Source: Octopus sinensis | Taxonomy: Eukaryota | Direction of reading: 5' to 3' | Length of the DNA stretch: 64,000 nt | Assembly: GCF_006345805.1 (NCBI RefSeq) | Contig: NW_021832228.1 | Coordinates: 1 to 64,000, forward strand | Shown: piece after piece, positions 47,781-59,030 of the stretch | Numbering within the stretch: position 1 is the stretch's first letter | How the letters are laid out: each line of letters starts with the position of its first letter | Made by a program: the position numbers and the translations under genes | The notes under the pieces: generated by a model | The model's database searches: none | Told to the model about the DNA's origin: nothing | The model's input: the letters and a program-made list of their open reading frames with translations, nothing else

Positions 47781-49948
47781 CAGACGTCACCAAACTACGG
47801 CCCGCGGGCCGGATCCGGCCCGCGACAACATTTTATCCGGCCCGCGCACTATTTCGAGATATTCAATTAATACCTTAATAATTAACTTAAATAAAAACTT
47901 TAATTAAAAAATTAAACTATTTTGCAAGATTTAATTCGAAAAAAACTTATCAGCATTAACGTTAAATTTTTCTTTGTTGCTATGTCTAATATGAAAAGAA
48001 AGGTTGACCGCGAATGCCGTGTATTCAATAAATTATGGGAATTGAAGTATTTTTTTGCGAAAGATGAATTAAAGCAGAAAGCTTATTGTTTAATATGCCA
48101 CGAACATCTCTCTGTTATGAAGGAGTATAACATTCGACGTAATTATGAAACGAATCATGCTCCGATATATTCCAAGTACACTGGAAAGCTACGTGAGGAT
48201 AAAGTTGAATCACTGAAACGCACTTTACAAATTCAACAAGGCCTTATAAAAAAAAATTTTGAAAATAATAAAAATGTAACAAGAGCTGGATACGAGATAA
48301 CGAAAATTATTTCACAACACGGGAAACCCTTCAGTGATGGGATGTATATCAAAAATTGCATTATTGAAGCAGTTAATTGTTTGTGCCCACTAAATTCTTC
48401 CTTATTTGATGGAATAAGTTTGTCGGCGAGTTCTGTATCACGGAGAACTGAAGAGCTTGGAAAAAATATATATTTACAAATTTGTGAAAAGACAAGTAAT
48501 ATGTTGTGGTATTCTCTTGCATTGGATGAGTCAGTTGACATTTCGGGAACATCGCAACTTCTTATTTTTATTCGTGGAGTTGATGAGAATTTTCCATAAC
48601 TGAAGAACTGGCATCTGTTTGTTCTATTCATGGAACAACCACTGGAAAAGATATTTTTGATGAATTGGAACAAACTATAAGTGACTATAACCTTGAATGG
48701 GAGAAACTGAGTTGTGTTACGATTGACGGGGCAAAGAATATGGCTGGTTCTAAAAAGGGTCTAGTTGGGCAAATAACTAATAAATTGGAGGAATTACATA
48801 TTTCAAACACTTTGTTCATTCATTGCATCCTTCATCAGCACGCACTATGTGCGAAGGCTCTTAATATTTCATGTGTGTTGAATCCAGTTATTCGCATAAT
48901 AAACTTTGTTCGAGGGAGCTCACTTAATCACCGTCAGTTTAAAGTTTTACTTGACGATTTTGGATCTGAATATTTTGACTTACCATATTACACTGCAGTT
49001 AGATGGCTTAGCTGTGGTAATGTATTAAATAGATTTTATAAACTCCGAAGTGAGATTGATATTTTTCTAACCAGTAAAAATAACTATTATCCCGAATTAT
49101 CAGATCTTGCTTGGCTATCAAAATTATCATTTTGGTTGATGTTACAACTCACATGAATGAGCTAAATCTGAAATTACAAGGAAAGGAAAACTTAATTTGT
49201 GATTTCTACAGGATAATTAAAGCATTTCGACAAAAATTGATGTTATTCGAGTCACAACTTGGAGTACGTCAGTTTTCACACTTTTCTTTTTAAAAGTTTT
49301 TGTGAGGCAAACTGTAATGAGATCGACATTACTTTCCAAATTGGAATTATCAAAGAATTAAAACATCATTTTTTACATAAGTTTTCTGAACTTGACAAAA
49401 TTGAAAGCGATATAATTTTGTTCGAAAATCCATTTTCTTGTAATGTTGAAAATGTTCAACATGAATTACAATTAGAAGTTATTGACTTACAATCAAATGA
49501 AGAGCTCAAAGATTGTCACAGACGGACCAAACTCGCTGAGTTCTACGAATATCTCAAGCATGATGAGTTTCCGAGACTAAAGAATTTTGCGATAAAGATG
49601 ATTTCTATATTTGGCACAACTTACCAATGTGAGCAAACGTTTTCGAGGATGAAATATGTTAAGTCTGCCCATCGTGCAAGATTGACTGACGGACTCTTAA
49701 AATCAATTCTCATGATAGGATGCAGCAATTTAAAACCAAATATTGATGAACTTGTCAAAAAAAGATCACAGTTCCATAGCTCTCATTAAAATTTTTGTTT
49801 ACTTTATTTTTGTTTAAATTAGTTTTTATTGTAAAAAACACACTTATGAATTTCTAGTAAAATTATAATCCTATGCACGTGCTCCGGCCCGCGTTCATTG
49901 TGTTGGGGTCAATCCGGCCCGCGAGTGCAAAAAGTTTGGTGACCCCTG
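47781..49948 (+). mobile_element. hAT (Charlie/SPIN, GTF2IRD2-like) transposon inserted in the LINE; frameshifted transposase 47982-49789
   Basis: TIR CAGACGTCACCAAACT / AGTTTGGTGACCCCTG; 8-bp TSD GTTTAGGC. CLIC...H zinc finger, LDES, TIDGA, HCILHQHAL, VRWLS, TTYQCEQTFSRM. Confidence 0.95.
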
Positions 49949-52678
49949 GTTTAGGCCATTGATTTTGGCAAGTACCCGGGAGTATAGTTTGGCAGGCGTG
50001 TTCTTTAGTGCACGGCCGTTGTCATTTAGCGTGTTTAGGGCAGTGCAAGGGTGGTAGAGTTTTCGCGAAGCGAATAGGAATTGTGCTCCTCTTATGTTTA
50101 GATGTTCCTCAATCGGGAGGAGGTTGGTTTCACAGTGCAGATGGTCGATGGGTGTTGATTTCAGGCACCCGGATATGATGCGCATGGCTTTGTTTTGAAT
50201 TGATTGGAGAGCCACAGAGGAGCTCATAGAAAGACAGGGAGCCCAACTCGGACTCGCGTAGCTTAGGACAGGGCGAATGTATTGTTTATACACACGTTTG
50301 AGAAGTGGTTTCTGCGCACCAGTGATGTGACCACTTATTGGTTTCAGGATATTTGTACGCCTGTTAGCCTTGTCAGAGATCTTCGAGGCATGTTTGTTGA
50401 AGGACATCGTTGGGTCGAAGGTTAGTCCGAGAACAGTTGGGTGTTTTGATAGTGGGAGAACAGAGCCAAAGAGAGATAGGTTGGGATGTATGTTTGATTG
50501 TCTTCTGTCGGAAGATAATAGGGTGACCGAGAACTTGGAGGACGAGGCCTCGAGCCTGTTTTCTCTGAGCCAATTCTCAACGGAGTGGAGTTGTTGCTGA
50601 AGGTTGAAGGAGGCAGCTTTATAGTCTTCGTGTTTTGAGGCAATAATAATGTCGTCAGCGTAAGATAGTGTCAAGTTGTTAGGGTCGTTTGCCGGGAAGT
50701 CATGCAAGTAAAGATTGAACAGGGATGGAGACAGCACGGAACCCTGCGGTACCCCGTTTGGAAGATAGCGTTGTTTGGAACAATGGTCCATGAGGGAGAC
50801 GTAGCCCATGCGGCCTGATAAGAAGTTAGCAAGTCAGGATTTGTAGTTTGAGTCTAGGCCGGTCGTGAGAATTTTCTTGGTGAGACCGCAACGGGGGACG
50901 CTGTCAAAAGCTTTAGATATGTCGATGGAAGCTAGAACTGTTCGTTTAGGGGGCCTCTTCACATTGAAGCCGTCCAGGACGAATTGGGAAAGCGTTGTTA
51001 AGTGAGTGGTTGTTGAGTGCAGTGGTTTGAAGCCATGTTGGGTGTGGGATGTTGGTAAGTGCTTCGAGACTCGTGAAAGGATTAGTCTTTCGAGGATTTT
51101 AGATAGCGTGCACAAAAGAGAGATTGGGCGGTAGGAGCTTGGAATGCCAGCCGGTTTGTTCGGTTTGATTAACGGGATGATACGTGATTTTTTCCAAAGA
51201 GATGGAATTTCGTTTTTTACAACGGAATTGTTGAAAATAGACACTATAGCGTTGATTGCGTTAGGGCCAAGTCTTTTAAGGTGGTGGATAGAAATGTTGT
51301 CAGGCCCCGTGGCGGGGGAATTCTTCGAGTTTTTTATACACTGCGAAACTTCGTCTGCAGTGAAAGGCGGTAAGGATTCCGTGCGAGGTAAGCTCCTCCG
51401 AGATTTGGCGACCTTCCGATCGTTTTTGTTTGAGGTTTTGTGGCTTAAGGAGGCGTAGTAGTTCATGAGCGAGTTTGCCTCCTGAACCGGATTCAGTGGG
51501 ATGTTTGAGTTAGAAGTGGCAGATTCGTGGGACTTGGGCTTTTCATAAATCAAATCATTCATGTCCTTCAGGGTCTTCCAGATTTTGGAGCTGTTAGATC
51601 TGTAGTCGATTGAGGTGATAAATTCGGTCCACTTAGAATCTGCGTGCAGGTTAATGGCAGCGGTGATTTGTTTGTTTAGGTTAGCCAATTCAATGGAGGA
51701 CTCGGCAGAGTGCCTTGATATCTTTTTCAGTTTGTTGCGAGTCTTTATGAGGGATTTCACTTCATGGCTGTAGTTAGGGCGGAACTTTTTAATTTTTCCT
51801 TGGGGGATGAAATTTTTAGAGGTGGAAGTGATGAGAGCATTAAGGTGATTGACTGCTGCATCAGTCGAGCGAAAGCTGTTGATGTTGAAATCATTCAGAG
51901 AGTTTTCTAGGGCAAGGCGGTATTCGTCCCAGGAAGCTCTTTTGTAGTTAGTGTAACAGCGGCGTTGTAGGTCAATGTTAGATTTTAGCGCATTCTCGAT
52001 TATGATTGGGTTATGGTCACTGGTTAGGTCGTAAACCACCTTCCAGGAAGTAGCAGAGGCCAGAATGGGAGTACACAGTGAGATGTCGGGAGAAGAGATT
52101 GCGTCGCCATTTCTTGACGGGGTTTTGGTATGGGATGAGGAGTTGTTGAGGATGACTAAACCGTCAAGTTGATCAAGTAGAAGAGTTCCTCTTGAGTTGA
52201 GGCATTGATTTTTAAGCCAAATCGGGCTCTTTGCATTCATATCACCACAGATAAAGACATTACTGAGGGACTGGAGGTTTTGTATTGAAGGGGTCCAACC
52301 GTGAGGACAGGATGAACACGGAGGGATGTACATGTTGATCAGCCTTCTGGTTGAGCGCCCTGTAGAGACCGTTATAGCCGTCAGCTCAATTACAGGGTCG
52401 TTATCGATTAGTGTGTAAGCTTGTGATGTACAGTTAGAGAAAGGGATTGATTTTCTGATAAGAGTTAAAAGGCCCCCGCCATTTACGGAGTTCGGTCTGT
52501 CTCGCCGGATGTATGAGTAACCCGGGAAATCGGGCAGACGGTTTTTGGGCGAGAGCTTCGTTTCCTGCACCAAAGCAATGTCCACGTCGTACTTCTCCAT
52601 GAAGGAACAGAGTTCAGTGGTCTTGTGGGCGATCCCATTAATGTTTACTTGCAGGATACGAAGTAGGTTCTTCCTGGC

Positions 52679-52717
52679 GGGTCCAGGGTTTTGTTCGATG
52701 TCTCCGGAGAGGAGAAG
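52679..52717 (-). other. 2A-like StopGo ribosome-skipping peptide LLLSGDIEQNPG/P
   Basis: Matches the D(V/I)ExNPGP consensus, in frame immediately before the APE domain (residues 44-56 of the ORF). Confidence 0.92.
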
Positions 52718-52819
52718 GGCGAGTTGGGAGTGTAAAAGAGAGGTCCTTGGGAGCAACGGCTTCGCGCCTGCTCTGCTGCCACCGACGTCACGGAAGGTAT
52801 CCGATCCGACAGGGGGGGT

Positions 52820-52894
52820 TGTGGGTCTTTTGGTAGTTAATTCCATGAGAAACTATCATTTGCCACCACGAGAAGGTGACCCACATCGACAAAC
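52820..52894 (-). ncRNA. HDV-like self-cleaving ribozyme (predicted)
   Basis: GUUUGUC-GA-UGUGGGUC-ACC-UUCUCGU-GGU-GGCAAAU-GA-UAGUU-ucucAUGgaauu-AACUA-CCAAAA-GACCCACA. P1 7 bp with G1.U37 wobble, P2 8 bp perfect, P3 3 bp, L3 fits UYCHCGY, P1.1 G-C/A-U, P4, J4/2 C. G1 abuts the TSD. Confidence 0.88.
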
Positions 52895-53119
52895 CTATGG
52901 GGAGTAGACTTAATAAATGCCGAATTTAGCCCTTGGATTATTTTCAGTTTAAGGAATTTCCTTTGTATCTTAGAAGTTAGTTTCCGAGACTCTTTTAAGA
53001 TACCTTTCACTTTCTCAATTTGTACATTTAGATTCTCAAGACAAGCTTTAAATTTATAAATTTCCACGTTCAAATGTGTTACGTTTTCTTCCTTTTGGCT
53101 GATCGTCTTTATCGGCCTT

Positions 53120-54340
53120 CTATGGAATCATCAGTTTCTTGACATCTCCAATATTATCAACAAGTATCATATCGGTAGTTCCGCTCACACTAAAAGGATT
53201 ATCAGAAGTGACTACGATAAAATCTCCGTAGTGAAGAATTCTATATTGCAGAGCAAAGCAAATTGCTATAGCCATTCTTTGTTTTACATTTTCAACAGGA
53301 GTATGAACAGGTACCCAACAAAAAGTCAATTGGTGATAGGTGCTTTCTTCTGGAGTAATGGAAATAATTGGCATCTTACGACGAAAGCGAACCATCACAC
53401 ATGCTGTGAACTTAATTGCTGTTAAAGCAATGACTGCTTTTCCATGTTCCGTATAAACTGTCTTAATAGCCGCAATTATTATTATTATTATTCAGCCCCC
53501 TTGGCTGAAGACTAAGCTATGGATAATGGATTTGTATGGTCGTGAGTTCGATTCCGAAGGAGGACAGTTTTCATCCTGGGGCTAATTCTCGTTATCGTTC
53601 CCCTGCCCGTGAGGCAACGAGTACTTCTGGCACGACACAGTTGGAAATGGGGATCTCTTACCTTCCGGGCTTAGCGTGGCGTTACGGGGTCCACCATGTC
53701 AGTTGGAAATTCCTTCGGATATGGCAACGCTCAGGAGGCACTTAATGCCTACCGAAAAAGGACTCTTAGCTTCTCAGACCCTGGGACATCGTCGTCTCAG
53801 GCCGATCTTGCGGGATGGATTGAACCTTTCAGAAGGATCTCCCTCGTTTGGATCGGCGATCACGGGAATAACTATAATTAACTGGCTTACCCGTATTGGT
53901 CTTTAAATAATAATAATAATAGCCGCAATAGAAACCTAAGAAGAAATATCTTTAAAAACGCGATGCGCTACGTCTTTGTAAAAGAATTTTTCATAGTTAA
54001 AATCATTTTCCGTAGCAATCACTGTATTTTTCATTAGAAGAACTGTTTCAACAGGATATTTACCTACCGTCATTTCACCAAACATCATTTTTTGAAGTTT
54101 TGGAACCTGAATGGGTAATTTTCCCCTAGGTCTTCTCAACAACCATGATCTGTTCTGATGCTTGTAGGATGCTATCAAAGTTTTTTAGTCCTGAAGCATT
54201 TTTAATTTTGGCAATAACAAAAACGTGACTGGAGTTTTGATCAGCTAAAAGTTTTCAATTTCCAAAATATGATCAGCACTGCGAAAAAAGAAAGCAGGTA
54301 AAAAGTCTATCTCCTGCTCATAACAAAAATGATGCCTTAA
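53120..54340 (-). pseudogene. pyk: Pyruvate kinase pseudogene, intronless, bacterial-like; split by a SINE
   Basis: RSADHILEI-KLLADQNSSHVFVIAKIKNASGLKNFDSILQASEQIMV...VPKLQKMM / GKYPVETV...TENDFNY...VSIAA[SINE]IKT...KMPIISITP...GDFIVVTS...SGTTDMILVDNIGDV. Frameshifts and a deletion of about 45 aa. Confidence 0.85.
53477..53917 (+). mobile_element. SINE-like element (tRNA-like head, (TAA)n tail)
   Basis: 12-bp TSD AATAGCCGCAAT (53465-76, 53918-29); B-box GTTCGATTC at 53546-54; weak A-box TGGCTGAAG; second partial copy at 27.7 kb. Confidence 0.8.
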
Positions 54341-54925
54341 TTTTTTCGATCACATGCGAGGATCAGGAGGATTCAAGCTAATTGTCTCTTCAGACGCTTC
54401 AACATGATTACTGAGAGTCTTAATACGATGGACCATGTCTGAATTCTTTTAAATTTCGGAGAACTTGTGATAATAATCTTTACTTACGAAGATGTGTCTC
54501 AGACTAAGAAGTGTCTCGAGGGGAGCTAACAAGAACTTCAGGAAAAAGCCACCCTGTAATTATGGAGACCGCATTCTTCATGATGTTCACGAATCTAAAT
54601 GAAAAAAGCAGTCGAAAAAAACAGCAAATCCGAAAAAAAATCGTACTTTAAATATTCATTGATAATCCTAACGTTTCTAGTCACATAGATCTGAAAGTCT
54701 TTGGTAAAGGCTTGGATAAACCATATTGACACGTGCTGAAATTGGGACTAGTGGTTCTCCACGAAAACCCATCAATCCTTTCAATACTTGATAGAAAAAT
54801 TGGTTCATCGGAGACTCTTTCAGGAAAATACTGCCTCGAGTTTAAAATTCTATTTTATTTATTATTATTTATTATTAATCAAATATAGTTTAATATATAA
54901 TCATTTAACTAATATTTTGAAGCAC

Positions 54926-55864
54926 ATGTTTTCCCATCAAGGTGCGTTTTCCAAAGTTACTGTCAAGAAAGACCCACGATGGAGTTTCCTCGTGTGTGTA
55001 AAGACTCGAACAAATAAGAATTATAAGTAAAAATGTAATAATATATTTTTATAGTTCCCTTGGTAGAGAAATGCGGATTTTGGCCCACTGCTGTCATCCC
55101 TACGTCGTGAGGATCCTCAGTACGGATGTTAGTGAGGGAATAATCACAGAGTACTATGAGAACGGTATTTCCTGATAATTGACAGTTAGATCTCTACAAA
55201 TATTTCCAATCCGATGAAGTGAAGATCGCATGTCCTGCCAGTCTAGAGCGAAGAGCCTCCTTGGTCATCGGAGACTTGCTATCGGCTCTCATCCGCATTG
55301 TTTATTTATCTATTTAATTTTAGCATAAAATGTATTTTCATGGGGACCTCAATTCTCGAAATATTTGTCTTGCCTTCGATGGTTCACCAAGGATCATAGA
55401 TTTTGCATCGGCCGGTGCCATCCACAGCGGCATCTCCAAAGTGCCTACGGACACAACCTTTCATTACATGGCTCCAGAACGGAGGAAGAGGATTGGGACA
55501 TACACCCCTAAGGTATTCCCCACCAACATTTCAGTTGGATATTTATTCTTTGGGGATTATATTCTCCCAATATTTGTTCAGAGGATGGAACCCTCTTACT
55601 CAGGTTTGTACTCATAGTTGGATTTGCAGTACTCCGTGGAACAACTCATTATTCAAGTGAACGAAATAGAGATCTGTCCTCCCAATGTTTTTTCGGATGA
55701 GGCCAAAGATTTGTTAAAAATGTAATTCCGTTTCTATATTTGGTAGGATGTGTGACAACGATCCACTTAAAAGGTGGAGTGCCGTCCAGTTAATCGAGCA
55801 TCCTTTTATTACAAAGTATTATTCATTTCATTAACATTTCAGGTATAGAAAGTCTGTTTATTGA
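54926..55864 (+). CDS. Divergent Ser/Thr protein kinase, 8 exons (start codon tentative)
   Basis: Seven 22-28-nt GT-AG introns give QGAFSKV, VCVK, REMRIL...HPYVV, HGDLNSRN, IIDFA, YMAPE, LDIYSLG, EAKDLL...DPLKRWSAVQLIEHPF, then TGA. Confidence 0.85.
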
Positions 55865-55949
55865 CTGGCCGTGAGTCATTAAGTTGTTCTGATTAGATTG
55901 TCTTAACTAGTTATTTGTGTGAAATTAATTAAATTTATTCGCTAATTTT

Positions 55950-56200
55950 GAAAATCAGGATTCGGCAGTGGCCGCACTTCGGAAAGCAAGCGAGTTACCT
56001 CTCTAGATTGCTATCAATGTCCTCTGGTACAGTCAGCTGGTTTCCCGAGAGTCATTGGTTTTCTTTCCAATGTGCTTCACGGTCGACGAAAAATCATTTT
56101 TTCCTGAGGCCCAATCACGCCGCTCGTCTCCACGGCGATTGTACGAAGTGGCAGGCGTCTGGAAGCGATGTTTCGGTCCGACTTTCATTATCTAATCAAT
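55950..56200 (-). pseudogene. CRE C-terminal relic
   Basis: Frameshifted FV.IAVETSGVIGP...DSRETS*LYQR...IAI*RGN. Confidence 0.55.
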
Positions 56201-56599
56201 GACCGTGCTTGGACATGCGCAGTTGCGGTCGACCATTTTAAGTTGAAATAATTCAATTTTTCAATAATGCCGCAATCCGGTTCTTGTTATTTATCATGGA
56301 AGACACGTTCGATGAAATTGGACAGCTGCAGTTTCCAGAAGAATTTCAATGTCCTTTCAATTAGAACGGATAGCATAATTTGCCAAGACTTCCATGCAGA
56401 CTAAACATTGAGGTAGTTTATTTTTATCATTGCATATAAATCCAAATGCTCGACATCCACCGTTTTGAATTCGCTTAGAGAAAAACATTCTTATCAGCCC
56501 AATGACTTCACATCTCAGCCGTGCTCTTTTATTCTCACTGTCAATCCCTGAGTAATCTCGAAAGCTTTCGTTCTGTCACCGCTGAAGCTTATTACGGTC

Positions 56600-57847
56600 A
56601 AATACCAACCTGTGAAACCATTTTATCTCCGGTTCTTTACCTGATTTTGCACGCGAACTTTTCTTTTCTGCCAATTTTACTACTCTTAGGAAAAATGATC
56701 TCGGGCACGTGTCAAGGCAGGCCAAAATCACAATTTTCTCAAGTACGGTCACCTTCCAAACTTGTTTTTTACTCAATCGCTTTGGATTCTTTTGGCATCT
56801 TCGGGCCCAAGACGGTTCGTTCAGACAGTTCAGCTTTTCAAATTTTTTAACCAATTAATTAATAATATGTTTAAGGAATTTGTTAATGTATTCTAGAGAT
56901 TTTATCAAAAAACTGCATAATTCCAAGGCTCTTGTAGAAGGGCCCTTATAGATAGGCCTTTAGCTTACATTGTAGTAGCCTATAAAGAAACTAAGGTATA
57001 GGAACGTCTGACTCCAGTTTTGCATGCAAAAACGTTCATAAAACATCAAAATTGATATAACAATATTTTTAATTTATTAATTTATTTATTTTCTTATTTA
57101 CATTTTAAGTCTGACATCTTAAGTTCGATCGTACATAGTTTCTTAGTTTGAGATAGTAAAAAGGTTTAGAGGAGGTTGAACATATTAATATAATAGACGA
57201 TCAAGGGAAACAATTGTCCTGGAAAAATCAGGTCGATTGGTTGCACACATGTGGAGATCTCGAGTTTATTTTTGGTGAAAATAAAAACGCATTTTTAGAT
57301 TTAAATAAGAACGCTATTATTTTAAAAGTGATTTATTATCTTTTTTGCCACTAAAATAAATTTTGTTGACGTATTTGATCAAATTGAGTAAAATACTTGC
57401 GGTTTGATATATTACAATATGGGGCTCAAATAGATCCGAAGTTGACCCTGAATGCCATCGCACGTGGTGCACCCACTAGAAACAATTAACACCCATTAAA
57501 TTTAATCGCTTTAAAACATAATAATTTATAACTAAATTTATTATTTTTTTTTTAATTTATATAATTTGATTGTTAATGGTTTTAATCAATTAAGAGAAAT
57601 TTAACCAGAGGCAACGCAACGTCAATTATGTTGGCGGGGTCCACTTCGGACCGGTTAAATTTCTCTTAATTGATTAAAACCATTAACAATCAAATTTATA
57701 ACTAAATTAACTAAAATTTGCTCCTGCGTTGGAAATCACCTCGGTTTTCTCCTCAGACCTTCCTAAAGAAATCAGGGACAGAATTCATAACTCTCTCTAG
57801 GAAGATCTGATGAGATTTCTGAATACAGAAATGAATTTAGAACGTCA
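56600..57847 (+). mobile_element. Second copy of the CRE-fragment composite element, with foldback insert
   Basis: Colinear with 41030-42086; partial third copy at 58060-58190. Confidence 0.78.
57563..57696. repeat. Perfect 44-bp inverted repeat around a 46-nt GC-richer loop (MITE-like foldback)
   Basis: 57563-57606 is the exact reverse complement of 57653-57696; absent from the 41-kb copy of the host element. Confidence 0.85.
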
Positions 57848-58204
57848 AGATTAACATTTATATATATTTTTTTAATTGCTAATTATGTATTTCTGATTTG
57901 TTTAGAATTAATATGTTTTATTACATGTTCCCACTAGAAACATGTTATATCAGTCAAATTAAATTTAAATATTACACAATTAAGTTGTAATAAAATATAA
58001 CTATATTAGCTAAAATTTTCTGGCGAACTCAAAAAACAAGTTCTTTTTTATGACTCTAACTTTCTCTAGGGAATTTGTTAATATATTTTAGAGATTCTAT
58101 CGATAAACTGCATAACTCCAGGCCTCTTGTAAAAGGGCCCTTATGCATAGTCCATTAGCATACATGGTAGTAGCCTATAAAACTAGACACTTTCCACAGT
58201 CCTC

Positions 58205-59030
58205 TTAAGAACAGTTGACCGTATATAAGCCTGTAGAGACTTGTCTACACCCAGCTGTCTTAATTACTGCTTGTGGTATTTGGTGACCAGTCCATTTCAT
58301 CACACACGGGATGACATACTTCCTCCTTTTCTCCACTTCCACTATCTGCAAACGGTCAAGGCCCTCCTTCGTCTCTCCGTGCAACCGACGATAGAACAAC
58401 CTGCGATTAAACCCTCCACTACACACTTTCTCGTTCCGGGTGTGATTAATGAGGCTGGACTCTCAACCACACCAAGTTATACCCTTGGTGTTCCTCCAAG
58501 ACTAGGTTACCGCACACAGGGGTGTTAGTCGCCGACTTGCCCAAGACGGTTCGTTAGGGTTAGGGTAGTTGAGCTCCAGACTCACGGCCTTCATGAAACC
58601 TTCCAAGACTTTGCCCATCGAGTGGAGGATCTCTGAAGACCGAGCGAACAGCTTAATGTCGTCTATGAACATGAGATGGTTGGTGCTAAAACACCCTCCT
58701 TCAGGTTCGATCGACATTTGTTCGAATGGGCAGTGAGGACTCTACTCAGCGGTTCTAGGCAGAGGACAAACAGCAGCGGAGACATGCTGTCGCCCTGTAA
58801 TATGCCCCTCTCTAGCTTCACCTCGCCTATATCGCATTTGTTGTAATCTAGATGCACGTTCCACCTTGTCCATCACTGTTGCAACAAATTTGATAACCAC
58901 ATTGGCAACTTAAGCCTTCGCAGACACTCACGAGGTAGGCATGATCAACGAGTCATATGCCTTCTTCACACCCACCCACATCGACACTAGTGAGTTTCCG
59001 TGGGCTCTCGCGAGGCATTTGTGTTGGGGA
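58205..59030 (-). pseudogene. R4/Dong-like RT relic
   Basis: WVGVKKAYDS, LERGILQGDSMSPLLFVLCLEPLSR, NHLMFIDDIKLF, KSATNTPVCG; frameshifts. Confidence 0.8.

Larger units (their letters stand above)
47481..52894 (-). mobile_element. Full-length Ingi/Vingi-like LINE (~3.24 kb net) with 5' HDV-like ribozyme and 2A peptide; interrupted by a hAT
   Basis: 11-bp TSD CTATGGGGAGT (47470-47480, 52895-52905); (AAC)n tail. Single ORF from 52846: APE (QVNING, VQETKL, GDMNAK, SDHNP), RT (YRPISLL, DISKAFDSV, GVPQGSVLSP, YADD) and C-terminal RSGHH...CNLC. One TGG>TGA at 50834. No RNase H seen. Confidence 0.93.

Noticed and set aside
52837-53073. Short ORF downstream of pyk as a second bacterial gene (PtsI N-terminus-like)
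   Set aside because: Only a vague helical resemblance with no diagnostic motif, and the continuation beyond the LINE insertion is not convincingly in frame. It needs a profile search.
53565-53625. HDV-like fold inside the SINE (TTCTCGT loop, GGAGGAC/GTTCCCC, small P4, CAA)
   Set aside because: P2 and P3 do not pair and P1 has a mismatch. At best a decayed relic; it needs a family consensus to evaluate.
53120-54340. pyk region as bacterial contamination of the assembly
   Set aside because: It is decayed and contains a TSD-flanked SINE that also occurs at 27.7 kb, which indicates residence in the host genome.
55604-55617. 14-nt intron in the kinase gene
   Set aside because: A downstream acceptor (TTGCAG) gives a 26-nt intron in the same frame, matching the size of all other introns.
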